Of a stretch of 59,312 nt of DNA, positions 1-12,200 are shown one piece after another (the first letter of the stretch is position 1; the number at the start of each line of letters is the position of its first letter). Where the stretch lies: NCBI GenBank assembly GCA_000934665.2, contig JYFJ02002322.1, positions 1 through 59,312 on the forward strand, written 5' to 3'. Origin of the DNA: Catajapyx aquilonaris. Its lineage: Eukaryota. The position numbers were made by a program, and so were the translations under genes. The notes beneath the pieces were generated by a model. The model was not told where the DNA came from. It was given only the letters and a program-made list of their open reading frames with translations, and ran no database searches.

Positions 1-58
1 GGCAGATAAGGTTATGCCTACGGGTGGCAAAAGGCTAAATACGTCACTGGGTACATGT

Positions 59-243
59 ACTATTAACCGCGAAAGTAATGTCGCACTGTTATGTGATGGG
101 CGTCCGCAACTTGTTGTTTAGAATGGGTCATGGATTCCGGAGTATTGCAAAATTAACATCCGTAACTTGGCAACGCCCATGCCAAACAACAAGTCGCGGA
201 CGGCATCACATAACAGTGCGACATTACTTTTGCGGTTAATAGT
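59..243. mobile_element. Short fold-back element / MITE (~185 bp)
   Basis: Left arm ACTATTAACCGCGAAAGTAATGTCGCACTGTTATGTGATG is near-perfectly inverted at the right end (CATCACATAACAGTGCGACATTACTTTTGCGGTTAATAGT). No coding capacity. Confidence 0.7.
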
Positions 244-541
244 TCAGTCTTGCCCTTGTTACTAATTGTTGGCAACAATGTACTTAGAAATTAATAACGA
301 GGGTAAATCTGTACCAAAACCTGAACCTGAATCTTGACCTGGTGCAGCGGGACCTTAGTGAATAATATGCAACGCTATAAATCAGGTATTATCTAAATTA
401 CCTATGTTCCTGGTGACACCTGTGGCAATTTTAAATAGGAAAAATAGCAAATTGCAGATTTTTTCAGTACTTCAGTAGATAAGAAAAAAAGGAGTTTCCC
501 TCTTCCATCTTACATTATTAGGAACAACTTTTACTAAAATG

Positions 542-983
542 CAGGGTGAAGGGAAACTCGCGTATAATCACCAGGTAGACTGATAGTACTCGCAAAACTA
601 ATATAGGGATGTGCAATTAGCTTTTGGCTCCGTTCCGTAGTTAATGCGTACAGTGCCTTTAAAGTGTAGAGGGGCGGATGATAAAATATGAGGCAAAAAC
701 AACAAAGCGCACAGGTGTCGTACCCGGATTCTTATTCTGATGGGATTTGATCACCTATTGCACATGGACGTTGCGTAAGGACCCATGCTGGATTGTTCAC
801 AGGCCCTTGAACTGACTTTTGCTTCTTAGAAGCTGGTGGAACGGATGTGACGTCACAAAAGTTTGACAGCGCCATAAGCATTAACTATGCAACGGCGCCC
901 AAAACTAATTGCACATCCCTATATTAGTTTTGCGAGTACCATCCGTCTATCTGGAAATTATACGCAAGTTTCCCTTCACCCTG
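542..983. mobile_element. Tc1/mariner-type MITE, copy 1
   Basis: Long TIRs CAGGGTGAAGGGAAACT...AGTTTCCCTTCACCCTG with TA on the right flank. A second, inverted copy lies at 36208-36651. Confidence 0.8.
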
Positions 984-1166
984 TATATGGAAGGTCACAG
1001 CAAAAACCACACTGGCAGTGTGTGTACCTTTTACAAGCCTAGTAAGTGCTGCTCAAGTTAAGCAGATTACAGCAATCACTGGTAAGGTTCCTTATTTTCA
1101 ACCTGGGAAGCTTCCACTAGCAGCAGCCATTATCCACACAACTGCAACACTAGCAGTCAAAGCCTC

Positions 1167-3354
1167 TTATCTAGCAGCATGAGCTTCTGCCTGCTTTCGC
1201 TCATTTTGTGACCTTTGGTACCAATAGTCCTGTTCATCTGCTTTCCACGCCAACAACATATAGAACGTCATGAGCACAGCCAGCATGAAGCGATCCCATC
1301 TGAAAACAAAAATTACAATCCTCAAAATTCAAGTGAGAAAACATAACTTACAACTGTTGCTGTTACATGCACATTGTGGATTCAGTAAAAAGTTATTATG
1401 TCTCCTACTGATAACATATTCGAATTATTCGATACACACTACAATATAATATCAATTGGATGTTAAATATCAGGATGGCAGCATGGCACCTGTGTCAAGT
1501 CAGAGACAAATTCCAAAACTGACCTCATTTGTGGATATACCCATAGTAGAAAGCAGAACCCAGTAAGGCTGGGGTGCCTGAAGTGCCGGTAGAATCGCTG
1601 CAGCCCCTCAGTCTTGAGAGCTTGTGGGGGTGGACTTCCCCTAATGTCATAGTAGACCTGCTTGAAGCCAACGAGCTCTGTCCAATCCATCACGAGACAG
1701 CTGGCATACATCACCACCCAGCAGCAAAAGTGGACTCCCACATATTGCCACCACATTGCAGGGCTGTCAGTTGTGTCCACAATCCATAAGGCACTACCAC
1801 TCTGGACTGGCTTCCAGTTTTGCATCAACACCTAACAATAATAATGAGAAGTCAAATAACAATAACCACCACCATCATCTTCATATACTTAAGTTGTTGG
1901 AGGTCTAACTTGACATCACACTTGTGAGCCAATGGATAATGAATGCCAGATGAAGCAGAATTGGAGAATTATAATTGACCATTTCTCAAAAATAAACAAC
2001 CACAAGCATATAGCCTAAATTGCAAAATACATTAACAATTAAATAATGTTTGCACGTCCATGGCAATCACTTTGTTAGGTGCCGGTGGGCAGATTTCCAA
2101 ATCATTTCCATGGAAACAAATGAGGGGGTGGTTCCATTCCATGTACGTAGACTGCCAGCAACTTCATAATAGCCTTATGACTGCAATGCACGCTCCAACC
2201 TGGTGCAGGATAGCTCTAGCCAGCCCCCCTGCAACTCATACGATTCGGTAGGTGTATATAATAGTCTCCGTCCGCGGCGCTGGTGCATCCCCACAGGGAT
2301 CTTGTGGTTCGGGCAGACGCCCAAACCAATCCGAACCATTCTTTCCACTGCAGCTGGGTCCGGAGGGCATTCGCATATTGCCAGTCAGCCACCCGAACCA
2401 CAAGATCCCTGTGGGGCCGCATCAGGTCCACCACCAGGTCTGCCTGCTAGCAGTTAGCCATCTGATTGCTACCATAATATCTGAGCAAGGGGGAAAAAAA
2501 AAAGTCTCGGCCAGCTAAAGAACCAGCCAGCACAGGATTGCCAGCTCTACACCAGTTTCCTCAAATGTGAAACTTAAGTTTCGTGGGGTGACAGCGCGAT
2601 CAGTTTTGGGAGAGGGATTCATAGCAAAACTAACCCTTACTCCTTTCTTGGAATGATACATTCCAATTTACCAGTGAATGCAATCAAGTTGGTCTGCCAA
2701 ATGTTTTTCATGACAATGTATGGCATATGGCATTGTCAAATGCAGAACAGTGCAAATACTGAAACACAACTGAGACACATCTTATGAAACACAATGTACA
2801 CTATATTTCGGCCTGACCTGCAGAGCGATGCACGTGCACAGGATGTAAATAGTCCGCTGCATGACTGGTACATAGCGCATGAAGAAGTCTTTTACTTGCG
2901 GGAAGGCCATCACTGAGTGCTGTGCTGAGAATAGTAGTACCAAGAGTCCATCCCAGAGAAGTGGGTGAGAAAATCGAGTCAGCTCTGTCAATGAAATATC
3001 ACAGGAATGGCTTTAGTAAAGGTGACGTTTTACTTACACATGGTGCATTTTCGACGCAACAATCCTGTTAATCATATCATATGACTTTCATTATCAGTTT
3101 CATTGTTGATATTGTTGACAGTCACTACCGTTCTCTTACCACATCAATTCTGTACAATTATGCACATATTTACCATCCCAGTTCCACTCTGTATTGTTTC
3201 CTCTGCCGATTGCATGCTGCGAGGGTGCTGGCATGAGATGCCTAATGTCGCTCATTGGAGCAGAGAGGAAGAGGACGAGATTCCTGCAAGTGGTGACCAC
3301 AAAGCAGAAGCTGGCCGTCGACAGAAGCAGGTTCCATGCCTGCATCAAACGCAT
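1167..3354 (-). CDS. NRM: Nurim (nuclear rim / ICMT-superfamily multi-pass membrane protein), 4 exons, 262 aa
   Basis: Hand-spliced exons 3354-3174, 2984-2818, 1831-1524 and 1299-1167. All introns GT-AG and phases 1,0,2 are consistent; 789 nt. Nurim motifs: LLFSAQHSVMA, QRTIYILCTCIALQ, DWTELVGFKQVYY, LQRFYRHFRHP, DRFMLA, DYWYQRSQ. The start ATG choice (3354) is inferred. Confidence 0.88.
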
Positions 3355-3600
3355 TGTCACTACTGGAAACCTGGCACACTATGGGATGTAGAGAATGGCA
3401 GGGTCGCTGCAAGTGCGGAGTTGCTGGGGGGGAAATCAGCCGAGTGGAGGTCTACGGGTGTGCCTCGCTTCCATTTTTAGAGGATGACGCCGGGCCGGTC
3501 TTCAGCAAATAATAATATTTGTCTTCAGCACTGGAAGGAGAAGTAGCGTCACCTAGCGTTCAGCGTTGCGCCCTTCACCGATGCTCGTAACTTTCCAAAC

Positions 3601-4102
3601 TGTCCGTTGGTCGGCGCTGTTCAGTTGGCTAAAAAGTGCCTGGGAGTGTCGCGCCATTATCCGGCCAATCTCCACACTACATCCAGACTGTTACTTTTCC
3701 GCAGCGGGATGACACCAACTGGCTTAGCTCTGCTCCCCCACCGAGGGGGTTTGCCACGGGCGGCGCTAGTCTCCGTGTCTCCCTGACCAAGATAGATGGC
3801 GCTTTACCTAGCGGGAAATTCTGAACCATATTGCAACATCACACACTGGGTGCTGATGCCTATATGCCTGGTTCAGAATATCACCGCTAGGTAAGGCGAC
3901 ACCTGTCTAGGTGAAGGAGACAAGCGCCGCCCGTGGCAAACCCCCTCGGTGGAAGAGCAGAGCGAAGCTCACGGCAATGGACATCCTGCTGCTTTCCCGT
4001 CAGATCGAAACGGATCGAAAGAAATGTAAGCAAGTCGTTTTACTACCGTCCACCGGATGTCGTGGAGGCTTGCACATTGTAGTCAGCGCCGACCAACGGA
4101 CA
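3601..4102. mobile_element. GC-rich degenerate fold-back element upstream of nurim
   Basis: Outer arms TGTCCGTTGGTCGGCGCTG / CAGCGCCGACCAACGGACA. Inner arms CCGAGGGGGTTTGCCACGGGCGGCGCT...CCTAGCGGGAAATTCTGAACCA / TGGTTCAGAATATCACCGCTAGG...AGCGCCGCCCGTGGCAAACCCCCTCGG. Confidence 0.65.
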
Positions 4103-4527
4103 CTGTTCTAGCTTGACGTGCTAGGTGGGCATCAGAACCACGCCGGAATATCGCCGGAATATCATTGGCTCTCTGCTATATTGTAAAGTACTGTATTATC
4201 ATCTCGCATGCGAAAAATTAGTAGTGATCCATCACGTCCAAGATCACGTCACTATTAAAAATCACAACTATTAACATGACTCTGGTGCCCATCACAAGTC
4301 CATTATTATTTTCGATCACCGAATGCCGAGCTTAATTATAATTTTTGCACATATTGTCAGAGAATAATGCAGGAAATAAATTATATGTGGCTGGGAAATA
4401 ACAACTTTTCATACCATAGGCCTACTTAATATTTGGTAGTTATCCGAAGTGACACAGGCAAGTCTCAGAAAAGTATCAATTTATTTCTCGGAAAGTGCAA
4501 CTATGTCAACATGAACGTCCAATGAAC

Positions 4528-4556
4528 GGGGGGGGNNGGGGGGGAGGGGGGGGGGA
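4528..4556 (+). repeat. Poly-G tract containing an ambiguous base (N)
   Basis: Run of ~28 mostly G with an n at 4537. G-quadruplex-capable, but local sequence quality is doubtful. Confidence 0.7.
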
Positions 4557-5157
4557 GAGAGGTCCAAAGAGTCTATCGAGAGTACTACATATAGTCCATA
4601 GATTTCACTTCGATCCGAGGTATAGTTGGTGAGCCAACTTCACAAACGTTCTTCTGGCATGGTTTTCAAGATATTGTTATTGAAACTAATTGACAGGCAG
4701 TTTTATGGCATATGTTATTTGTACAGCTGTGATTTTTCTCGGCAAAATCCGAGATGGTCTAGCAACATTTCGGCCCACTTGCTTTGGAATGACCCCATTT
4801 TTTCCAGAAATTTGGATTTATTTATTTTTTAACTTCCCGGAGGTCAAAAACCAATTTCAGACAAAATGAATGGTCATTATCATTATGAGTTACGAGTGAC
4901 CTAAGGAACACAAAATAAATGGCGATGAATTTCCATGGACAGAAACAAGTTGATTTTTGTTGAATATAGTGTAATCATTAGAGCTTCTTATTGCATTTTA
5001 TTTTTATTTTTTACACATTTTGAGCCCCCCGGGTGCGCCACTGCTGCAGCCTTATTCGAGGCTGTACTGTACACTGCCCTATTTATTTGTTCGACTTTTC
5101 CTCAGCTTCGCAAGCGGAAAAGCAACCCCCTGACAATATAGCTCTGTGTTGAAGGTT

Positions 5158-5389
5158 GTTTAATATGAAAGGCTCCGCTTGGCGAGGAATTTGGCGTTGG
5201 CGCGCCCCCACAGCCGGCTAGTGCAAGGCTAGTGGGGGTCGGTTCGGGTTGGCCGCCTTCGGAACCAACCCAAACCGTTCTTTCCTCGGAGGGCGTTCGC
5301 AGATGAGGATTCGGGTGGCTGGCGGAGGTAGCCGGCTGTGGGGGCGCCAGCGCCAAATTACCCGCCTAGCGGAGCCTTTTATATTAAAC
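5158..5389. mobile_element. GC-rich fold-back MITE
   Basis: GTTTAATATGAAAGGCTCCGCT...CCCCACAGCCGGCTA is inverted as TAGCCGGCTGTGGGG...AGCGGAGCCTTTTATATTAAAC. Confidence 0.7.
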
Positions 5390-5896
5390 TACCGTATCGT
5401 ATTTGTGTCAGGGGGCTGCGGCCTGCGAGAAAGCAGACACATGAAGGCACTGGCGAGTTAATACAGAAAATACCCCGCAAATACCGTACCACATGGCAAC
5501 AAATTAACTGGCGGGTTTCGCTCGAACTCTTCTTCTTCTTTTTTTGTATCCTCCTGAAGCCCAGATTTTTTTGTTGATTTTTTTTTTTAATGTTTCATTT
5601 TTAGAAAGAAAAAATACTTCTAAAGAAAAATTTTTCACAAATTTTAAACCCCAATGGCTAGAGGGCTGTACGCTGGGCGTCAGGAGGATATAGCTCGTTT
5701 CCCCTATAGCTGCCCCCCTCCCTCCGAACCAGGTGGACACGTGGACTATTATAGAAAATTGCCATATTCGACCACCTGGGAGTAATTGGACACTTGAGTC
5801 AGGACACAACACTTTTTTAATATGTACGTAGCAGCCGCCAGCGTACGGTTCCATGTTGGCCGCTGTTCGTTCAATTCAAAATAACTGAGGGGAAAT

Positions 5897-5985
5897 TGAC
5901 GTCACAGCGCCGGGCGGGGCCTCACCGACAGTCCGCCAATCCCGGATAAGCGTCCTTATATTTAGTTTCAAAAACAAAATGGCCG
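5897..5985 (+). promoter_or_regulatory. Probable CpG-rich promoter of the 6282 gene
   Basis: Perfect CRE TGACGTCA (5897-5904), GC box GGGCGGGGC (5912-5920) and YY1-type AAAATGGCCG (5976-5985), about 300 bp upstream of the ATG. Confidence 0.5.
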
Positions 5986-6281
5986 AAAGCCTGCCCGCGG
6001 CTTCTCCCTTCCCTCCCTCGATTCAGTTCAGCCAAGCCCGCCAACAACCCCGTCCAGCTCCCCGTTAATAATTACTACCTGAAATCGAGTGTCGGTTATT
6101 GGTGCATTATTGTGTTGTGTCTTGTGTCGTGCAGAAGGGACGCCACTTTTCGAACGCTTGTACGGCGCATCCAACGCTTGGCGGCCTCAATGTAATCATC
6201 ACGATTGGGGAAGTTGAAAAGATTCGCGGGCCAAGTGCAGTGTGTGCGGACACATCAGACTTCGGAAACTTGTAGCTCAAT

Positions 6282-9200
6282 ATGGAGGAGGTTGGACCCA
6301 ATGCCAGGCTGGTGTTTATTAATGGACAGGCGGTTATACTCACAGGTGATGGCGACCTGAGCAATATAAGCCCAGATCAGCAGGCTTTGCAAGAAGCAAG
6401 TGAGGCAGTGGTGGCCAGAAGTGAAGAAGATGTAGTTGAGACAATAACACCATCAGATGTGTCTGAGCAGACAGAAGAAACTGAGCCAGCTCCAGCAGAA
6501 ACCCAGCAGACCACCCAGTATGCTCAGGTGTCGCCTGGAAATGTGGCGAGTTTCGTGGCTATTATACATGGAGAACATGGTGATTCACAGACCATACCTT
6601 TGACGCAGGAACAAGTTGCAGCTCTGGGTTTGCAACTGAATGGCGGTGAGGCCCATGTGGAAGCGACTCTACACATGGAGGAGGCACCTGCAGAGGGTGA
6701 CGAGACTATGATGGAGACAGAGTCTGCACCTGAACCAGAACCTGATCCAGAACCAGAGGTAGGGATGGTACAAGTTCCAGATCATCAAGAAGCAAGTGAG
6801 GCAGTGGTGGCCAGAAGTGAAGAAGATGTAGTTGAGACAATAACACCATCAGATGTGTCTGAGCAGACAGAAGAAACTGAGCCAGCTCCAGCAGCAGAAA
6901 CCTCCCAGATCACCCAGTATGCTGAGGTGTGGCCTGAAAATGTGGCGAGTTTCGTTGCTACTCTGCATGGGGAACATGGTGATTCACAGACCATACATTT
7001 GACGCAGGATCAAGTTGCAGCTCTGGGTTTGCAACTGAATGGCGGTGAGGCCCATGTGGAAGCGACTCTACACATGGAAGAGGCAGCGGCAGAGGGTGAG
7101 ACTATGATGGAGACAGAGTCTGCACCTGCACCAGAACCTGAACCAGAACCAGAGGTAGGGATGGTACAAGTTCCAGAGCAGCGACCCCCACAGCCTCAGC
7201 CTCAGCCAGTGAATATGCGTAGCCTGCTGAAGCCAAAACCACAGAATATGCGTAGCCTGCTGAAGCCCAAGCCACAGAATATGCGTAGCCTGCTGAAGCC
7301 AAAGCCACGTAATGGAACTGTTGTTATCCCAGTGACAGAAGGACAGCAAGGATTAATGGTGCGCACTGTGCAGCTGCCGCAGACTACAACAGCAAATACT
7401 ACACGCACAACAATTACACAAGTGGCACCAGCTAGGGCTGCTCACCCGCCACGTGTTTCCCTTGCTGTTACACCAGCACCCACCATCCCAAAGCCACCCC
7501 AGAAAATCCCAGTCTGGAACTTCAACTCAGATAAGCATCTTGGATCCATTGAAAATCCAATTCAATTAATTCAACGAGGGAACACGTTCCATAGTACTCA
7601 ACCACTAAGCACTGAGCAGCGCCACCAGATCGTCACAATTCTTCGTGCGCGTCAAATGTCATCACAATCACAATCTGCTGCTGGATTCAGCAATGTCATA
7701 TATGACACTGAGACTAATACACGCATCACCTACAAGGTGGTATATCCGGAAGACCTGAATCTACTAAATAAGGCTGATGTTACTACCACCATTTCACCAC
7801 AGTCTGGAACAAAACGCAAGCGTGGCCACCCACCAAAGTCAGTTTCAACAGCAGACGAAAGAGAATCAACTATGACCATGACAATCGAGGATGAGGTAGT
7901 GGCATCTACTCTGGGGCTGGAGGTTGGCAGCCACACTGTGTCAGTTCCCAAGGCAGTGATGAATCCCAAGGATGAGGTAGATATGGTGCTCAGTTTGTTA
8001 TATTCAGCTAACAAAATAATTTCATTCCAGGGTGCAAGGGGTATCACATTTGTTTGTCCCTCTTTCTGTGATAACTTCACTCCAAAGTCCAAACTAACAA
8101 AAATACATTGTGAGACATGAGACAGATACATGTGAATAGGTTGTTTTGTCAAAACTTTTGACAGTAGTTTTAAAGTTACTTTTGAAATGATAATATAGGA
8201 AATATTTCACTCTGGTAATGTTAATCATTATGAGTAGTGCTTTGCAAAAAAAGGGGGGTATGTGGACCACCCGGCCTCATTCAGGAAAAAAGGGATGATT
8301 CTGGGATATTTATCTGATTTTATCTCTGAGGCTTCTCCTTAAGCCCAATGGTAAAATGAGTATAAGTTGTGATTCAGCATCTGTAGTTCAAAGTCTAGAC
8401 AGTGAATGCTACTTATTTTCTTGGTGTGGGACAGGACCCACTCTTCTGTGTCTAATGCAGTTGACTCAGGATATAACAGCCTCGGGTATAAGTTATAACC
8501 GAAAGTCCGTTATGACTTATAACTGACTTTGGGTTATAACAGACTCGAAAGGCCGGTCCCGGCATACTTCCATAAGGCCCTGTGTATTTTTACTCAGGAT
8601 ATAACCCTCACAGTTGCATGTTGTTCACTAAAACTGATCTTAATGAAACTGATGGATGCACATACATCCTTACTGATACCAAAGAGCTCTTGCTGATACC
8701 CATTTTGAAGAGATGGCACACATGGGCTGGTGTTTGTTGCTTTGTGGGTGACAGCAACTTAACATGGCAGCTGTCACCTCGCAGGGTTCACTGCAATAAT
8801 GTTGGCAAGCAGCTCAAATTTTTACAAGTTCCATGTTAAGCTGTGTGATGAATTTAAAACTGAATTATTAAACTGTTCATATACTATTCAAGCAGTGTGG
8901 GATGATTTTTTGAAAAGTGTTTCCATTGAATACTGAGTAGTTAAAAATACCGCGGATGTGAAAATATCATTTTTAAGTGTCACAGTTTAGCTGCTGACAA
9001 CAAAAGGGCATCTCCAGCGCAAGAGCGTCTCCAGACCGTTTAAACAGCCAAAACTTTAAATACAGTGAAACCATTGTATTGGAGAATCGCACTGGACCTT
9101 AAAATTATTCTGTAATGGACAAGTTTCTGTTATGTTCAGATCAAGGACATTACTGACATCTTTTGCCAGTGAGAAAGAGAGGAAAATGGGGAGAGCACAA

Positions 9201-12200
9201 ATAATAAGCACCTTACCGCAATATGGTGCAAAATCCAAGGGGGGAAAATAAGTCTCGTAGGATTACAAATTATATCTGGGAGTGTTATTCGCAGCATTGA
9301 CCAAGTTTAACAAGCACCTAGCACTAGCATTGATGAGAGCGAAGGCTGTTTCAGTGGCTTCCCAAGTGATCTTAACAAAATTGGATGTAGCCTACCTTAC
9401 GTAGACTAAATGTTGCAATGCGAATATTCGACACGAAAGTAGCCCCAATTGTACTTATAATGCTCATCTGTTGGCACTAAATTACTGGCAAGTTTTGGAC
9501 CAGGTTCAGCTTCATTTTATAAAATATTACCTCAGACTACCCAAAAACACACCAAATTATACCTAGTAGGCCTACGGCTCAAAACAGGCCGTCGTCCACT
9601 TGGTGTTTCACTGGTGAAAAAACTTTAAAAGTTTCTAGTAGCCATCAAACAAATGCCAAATGACAGATTGCCCAAACGAGCGTTAAATTATCTATTAACC
9701 ACAACAGATTTGAAAATAGGCAATTACTGGCTCACACAGGTCAACGATATCCTTAAAATCACGGGTAGAGCATGGGAATACTGGGATCAATCTCAACAAG
9801 ACACAAATAAGACAATGTAAAGACATTCCCCCTATAATAATCGCTTTATTTTTTTTTCTTCCCTCTGTTTGGCGGAGGGAGGTACAGGGGGCCTTGGTGA
9901 ATGCTGCCACCTTCTGGTCACTCCATTAAGGCTCCTAGTCTGGTGACCCCGGGTAAGCTTGCCCGCGGGCAATCACCATGGCAACATACGTAAAAGGATA
10001 GCAGTAAACAACCAGTTACCCAAGGGGGCAAGCTACCCCGGGTCACCAGACTATATATACCTAAATCATCAGGCCGGGGGGAAGGGTGGGTGGATAGGTG
10101 GCCGGCGGAGGGATTGCAGGTTTTACCGGGTTTTACCATGTTTTGGCTACGGGTCCACTAGTAATTATTAAATTAATTGATAACACTATTCAACAAGATA
10201 TGGAAAATTTAGCGAGTTCTTCCAGGCATGTCAAGATCCCCAGCCCTCCTTCAGGGGCCAGGACTACTTGTTTGATGACCAACCATTGCACCTGATGGGG
10301 TTGTTATATGTTCAGTACGTTCTGGAGGTCCTTATATCTATTATGATGGGTACAAGTTGCACTGGTCTAAAGACGATCCCTGTTCACTATGCAACAGCGA
10401 GGAAGATTTCAATCTATATCACTTACTTTACACCTGTACATTCTTCGACTTAGAATGCAAGATATTGAAGACATTCCAAACCTACCTCCAGATAAGACAC
10501 ATCTAGTATTGCACCCATACAAGCAACAGACCATATGATCTTTCTTCCAATCGGTAATTGCTAAACTGCAATTTTGTGACATCTCATTATGAATGCAAAT
10601 AGTGTAAGCAAATACAAATTTAATTCTCCCCCCCCCCCCCACCTATCTCCCTTTGTAGAGACCATGATTCATATATTGTTTAAACTGTACTTTATGTGAC
10701 ACATCAACATGTTAATGAACATTCATGTAAATTGGACATACCGCGGGAGTTCCCCAATGTAAAGGCAATAGCCTATCGGGGTATAAAATTAAACTAAAAT
10801 AAACTAAACTGGTGGAAAATCAGTCCATACAGTAAGTATTTATTTAGATCCTTAAGCGTTGCCGTGCTACATTTTTGTGGAATAGCCGGGCATGTAGCAC
10901 ATCTAAAAAGGGGCAGTTTCATTGCAGTTGAAAATGTCCTCCTCAGAATAACCCGAACAAACGCACTTCCCACCTTCTTTTTCCAATTTTTTACTTCTTC
11001 GAGATTCACGACACTTGTATCACCACACACTGTTTCCCACAAAATTATGTGTCTGTTGCTGCAACTTTCCAGCCACCCATTTGAAACACTAAATTTTGCT
11101 AAATGTTTTTGGACTGTTAATTTTGCCTGCTCTATTGAACCATCGGCCCTGAACGGCAATTCGTTGAGCCTGTTGAACCCTTTCCTCTTTTCCAACATTT
11201 TAAAACTGGACTGAACGATAAACTAAACTTCAAAGTTCAACCTCAAATCACTAGTCACAATCTTCTTGGGGCCCCCCGCAAGCTGTCTTTCAATTTTACA
11301 ACAAAAAATATTCCAATTTTCCTGACCAATACAAGAATTTTCAAGGCCACGAACTGATAGTAATTCCAGCAATTACGAGACACAGTATGGTGTGGAAACG
11401 GCCCACAAAGGGTTACCCAGAAGGCCTCTTGGGAGGGCTGAGAGTGAATTTTTGTGACTCATAGGAGATAATGTGAACATTTTGATTTCTGTTATGAACA
11501 AAGATTTTTTCTGAAGGGAGACAAAAATCCCTTCTGTTTCCCCATTGGGCAGGTTCCGTTATATCCGTCAAAAAATACATTGAATTCCCTATTGCTATGT
11601 GTACGCCTGTTCCCTGAAAAACTTCCCCAATGGATCTTAGGTTTCTGCTATATCCAGGGTCCACAATGGGCAGGTTTCACTGTATTTAGGTCACAGATGG
11701 TACAGAAGCCCTCAATGCAGTGTTTGCCACCAGGTGAAACTGAGGCAACAAGCAATCCTGATGTTTTCCAAATTGGTGGTACAATCAAGTGGACTGGAAT
11801 CTGTGTAGCAGATGATTGCTATTTTATTTTACAAAAAATATTATTAGTCCCAATGACACAAAAGCCCTATTGCACGTACCACTGGAGGATTGTTAGCAAT
11901 ATTTATTTTTATTTTATTTTTATTTTATTTTTCTACCCCGTACTCGAGCCGGGGGCTCGCTTTGGGGGACACACACTCCTGACCCTTACAATTTTATATC
12001 ATCCCGATCTGTTGTCTACTCAAATGTTATAGTTTAAACATGATCTTTTAATATTCACATAACTGAAGAATTTTTGTAGTGTTCAAAAAAAAAGAAAAAA
12101 TCTTGTAGATATCACTCTTATGTGTATTCACAAACAAATTTAACATACTATCCTGTGGGTAGTGTGGCATATCCTGTAGAAATCTGTGTCTAGGCGTATT

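Larger units (their letters stand above)
9063..11682 (-). mobile_element. Decayed pogo/Tigger-like DNA transposon with nested insertions
   Basis: The minus-strand remnant at ~10860-11200 reads FSVSNGWLE..NRH..VCG..V..W, a CENP-B-HTH Tigger motif. Candidate termini TA-CAGTGAAACC (9063) and GGTTTCACTG-TA (11682). Pairing of the two ends is uncertain. Confidence 0.5.

Noticed and set aside
3139..3145. Stronger-looking donor GTG|GTAAGA for nurim exon 1
   Set aside because: It is phase 2 and does not fit the phase-1 acceptor at 2984; the donor at 3174/3173 keeps the frame.
7977..8120. C-terminal 47 codons of the 612-aa ORF as real coding sequence
   Set aside because: Composition shifts to AT-rich, intron-like sequence right after a GAG|GTAGAT donor; probably read-through into the intron.
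8845..8936. Possible C/D-box snoRNA (GTGATGA...CTGA)
   Set aside because: The terminal stem is weak, I recognise no rRNA antisense element, and it lies among transposon debris; such boxes arise by chance.
11690..11780. Possible extra exon of the 6282 gene
   Set aside because: AG and GT sites exist, but I found no convincing phase 0-0 combination or recognisable peptide.
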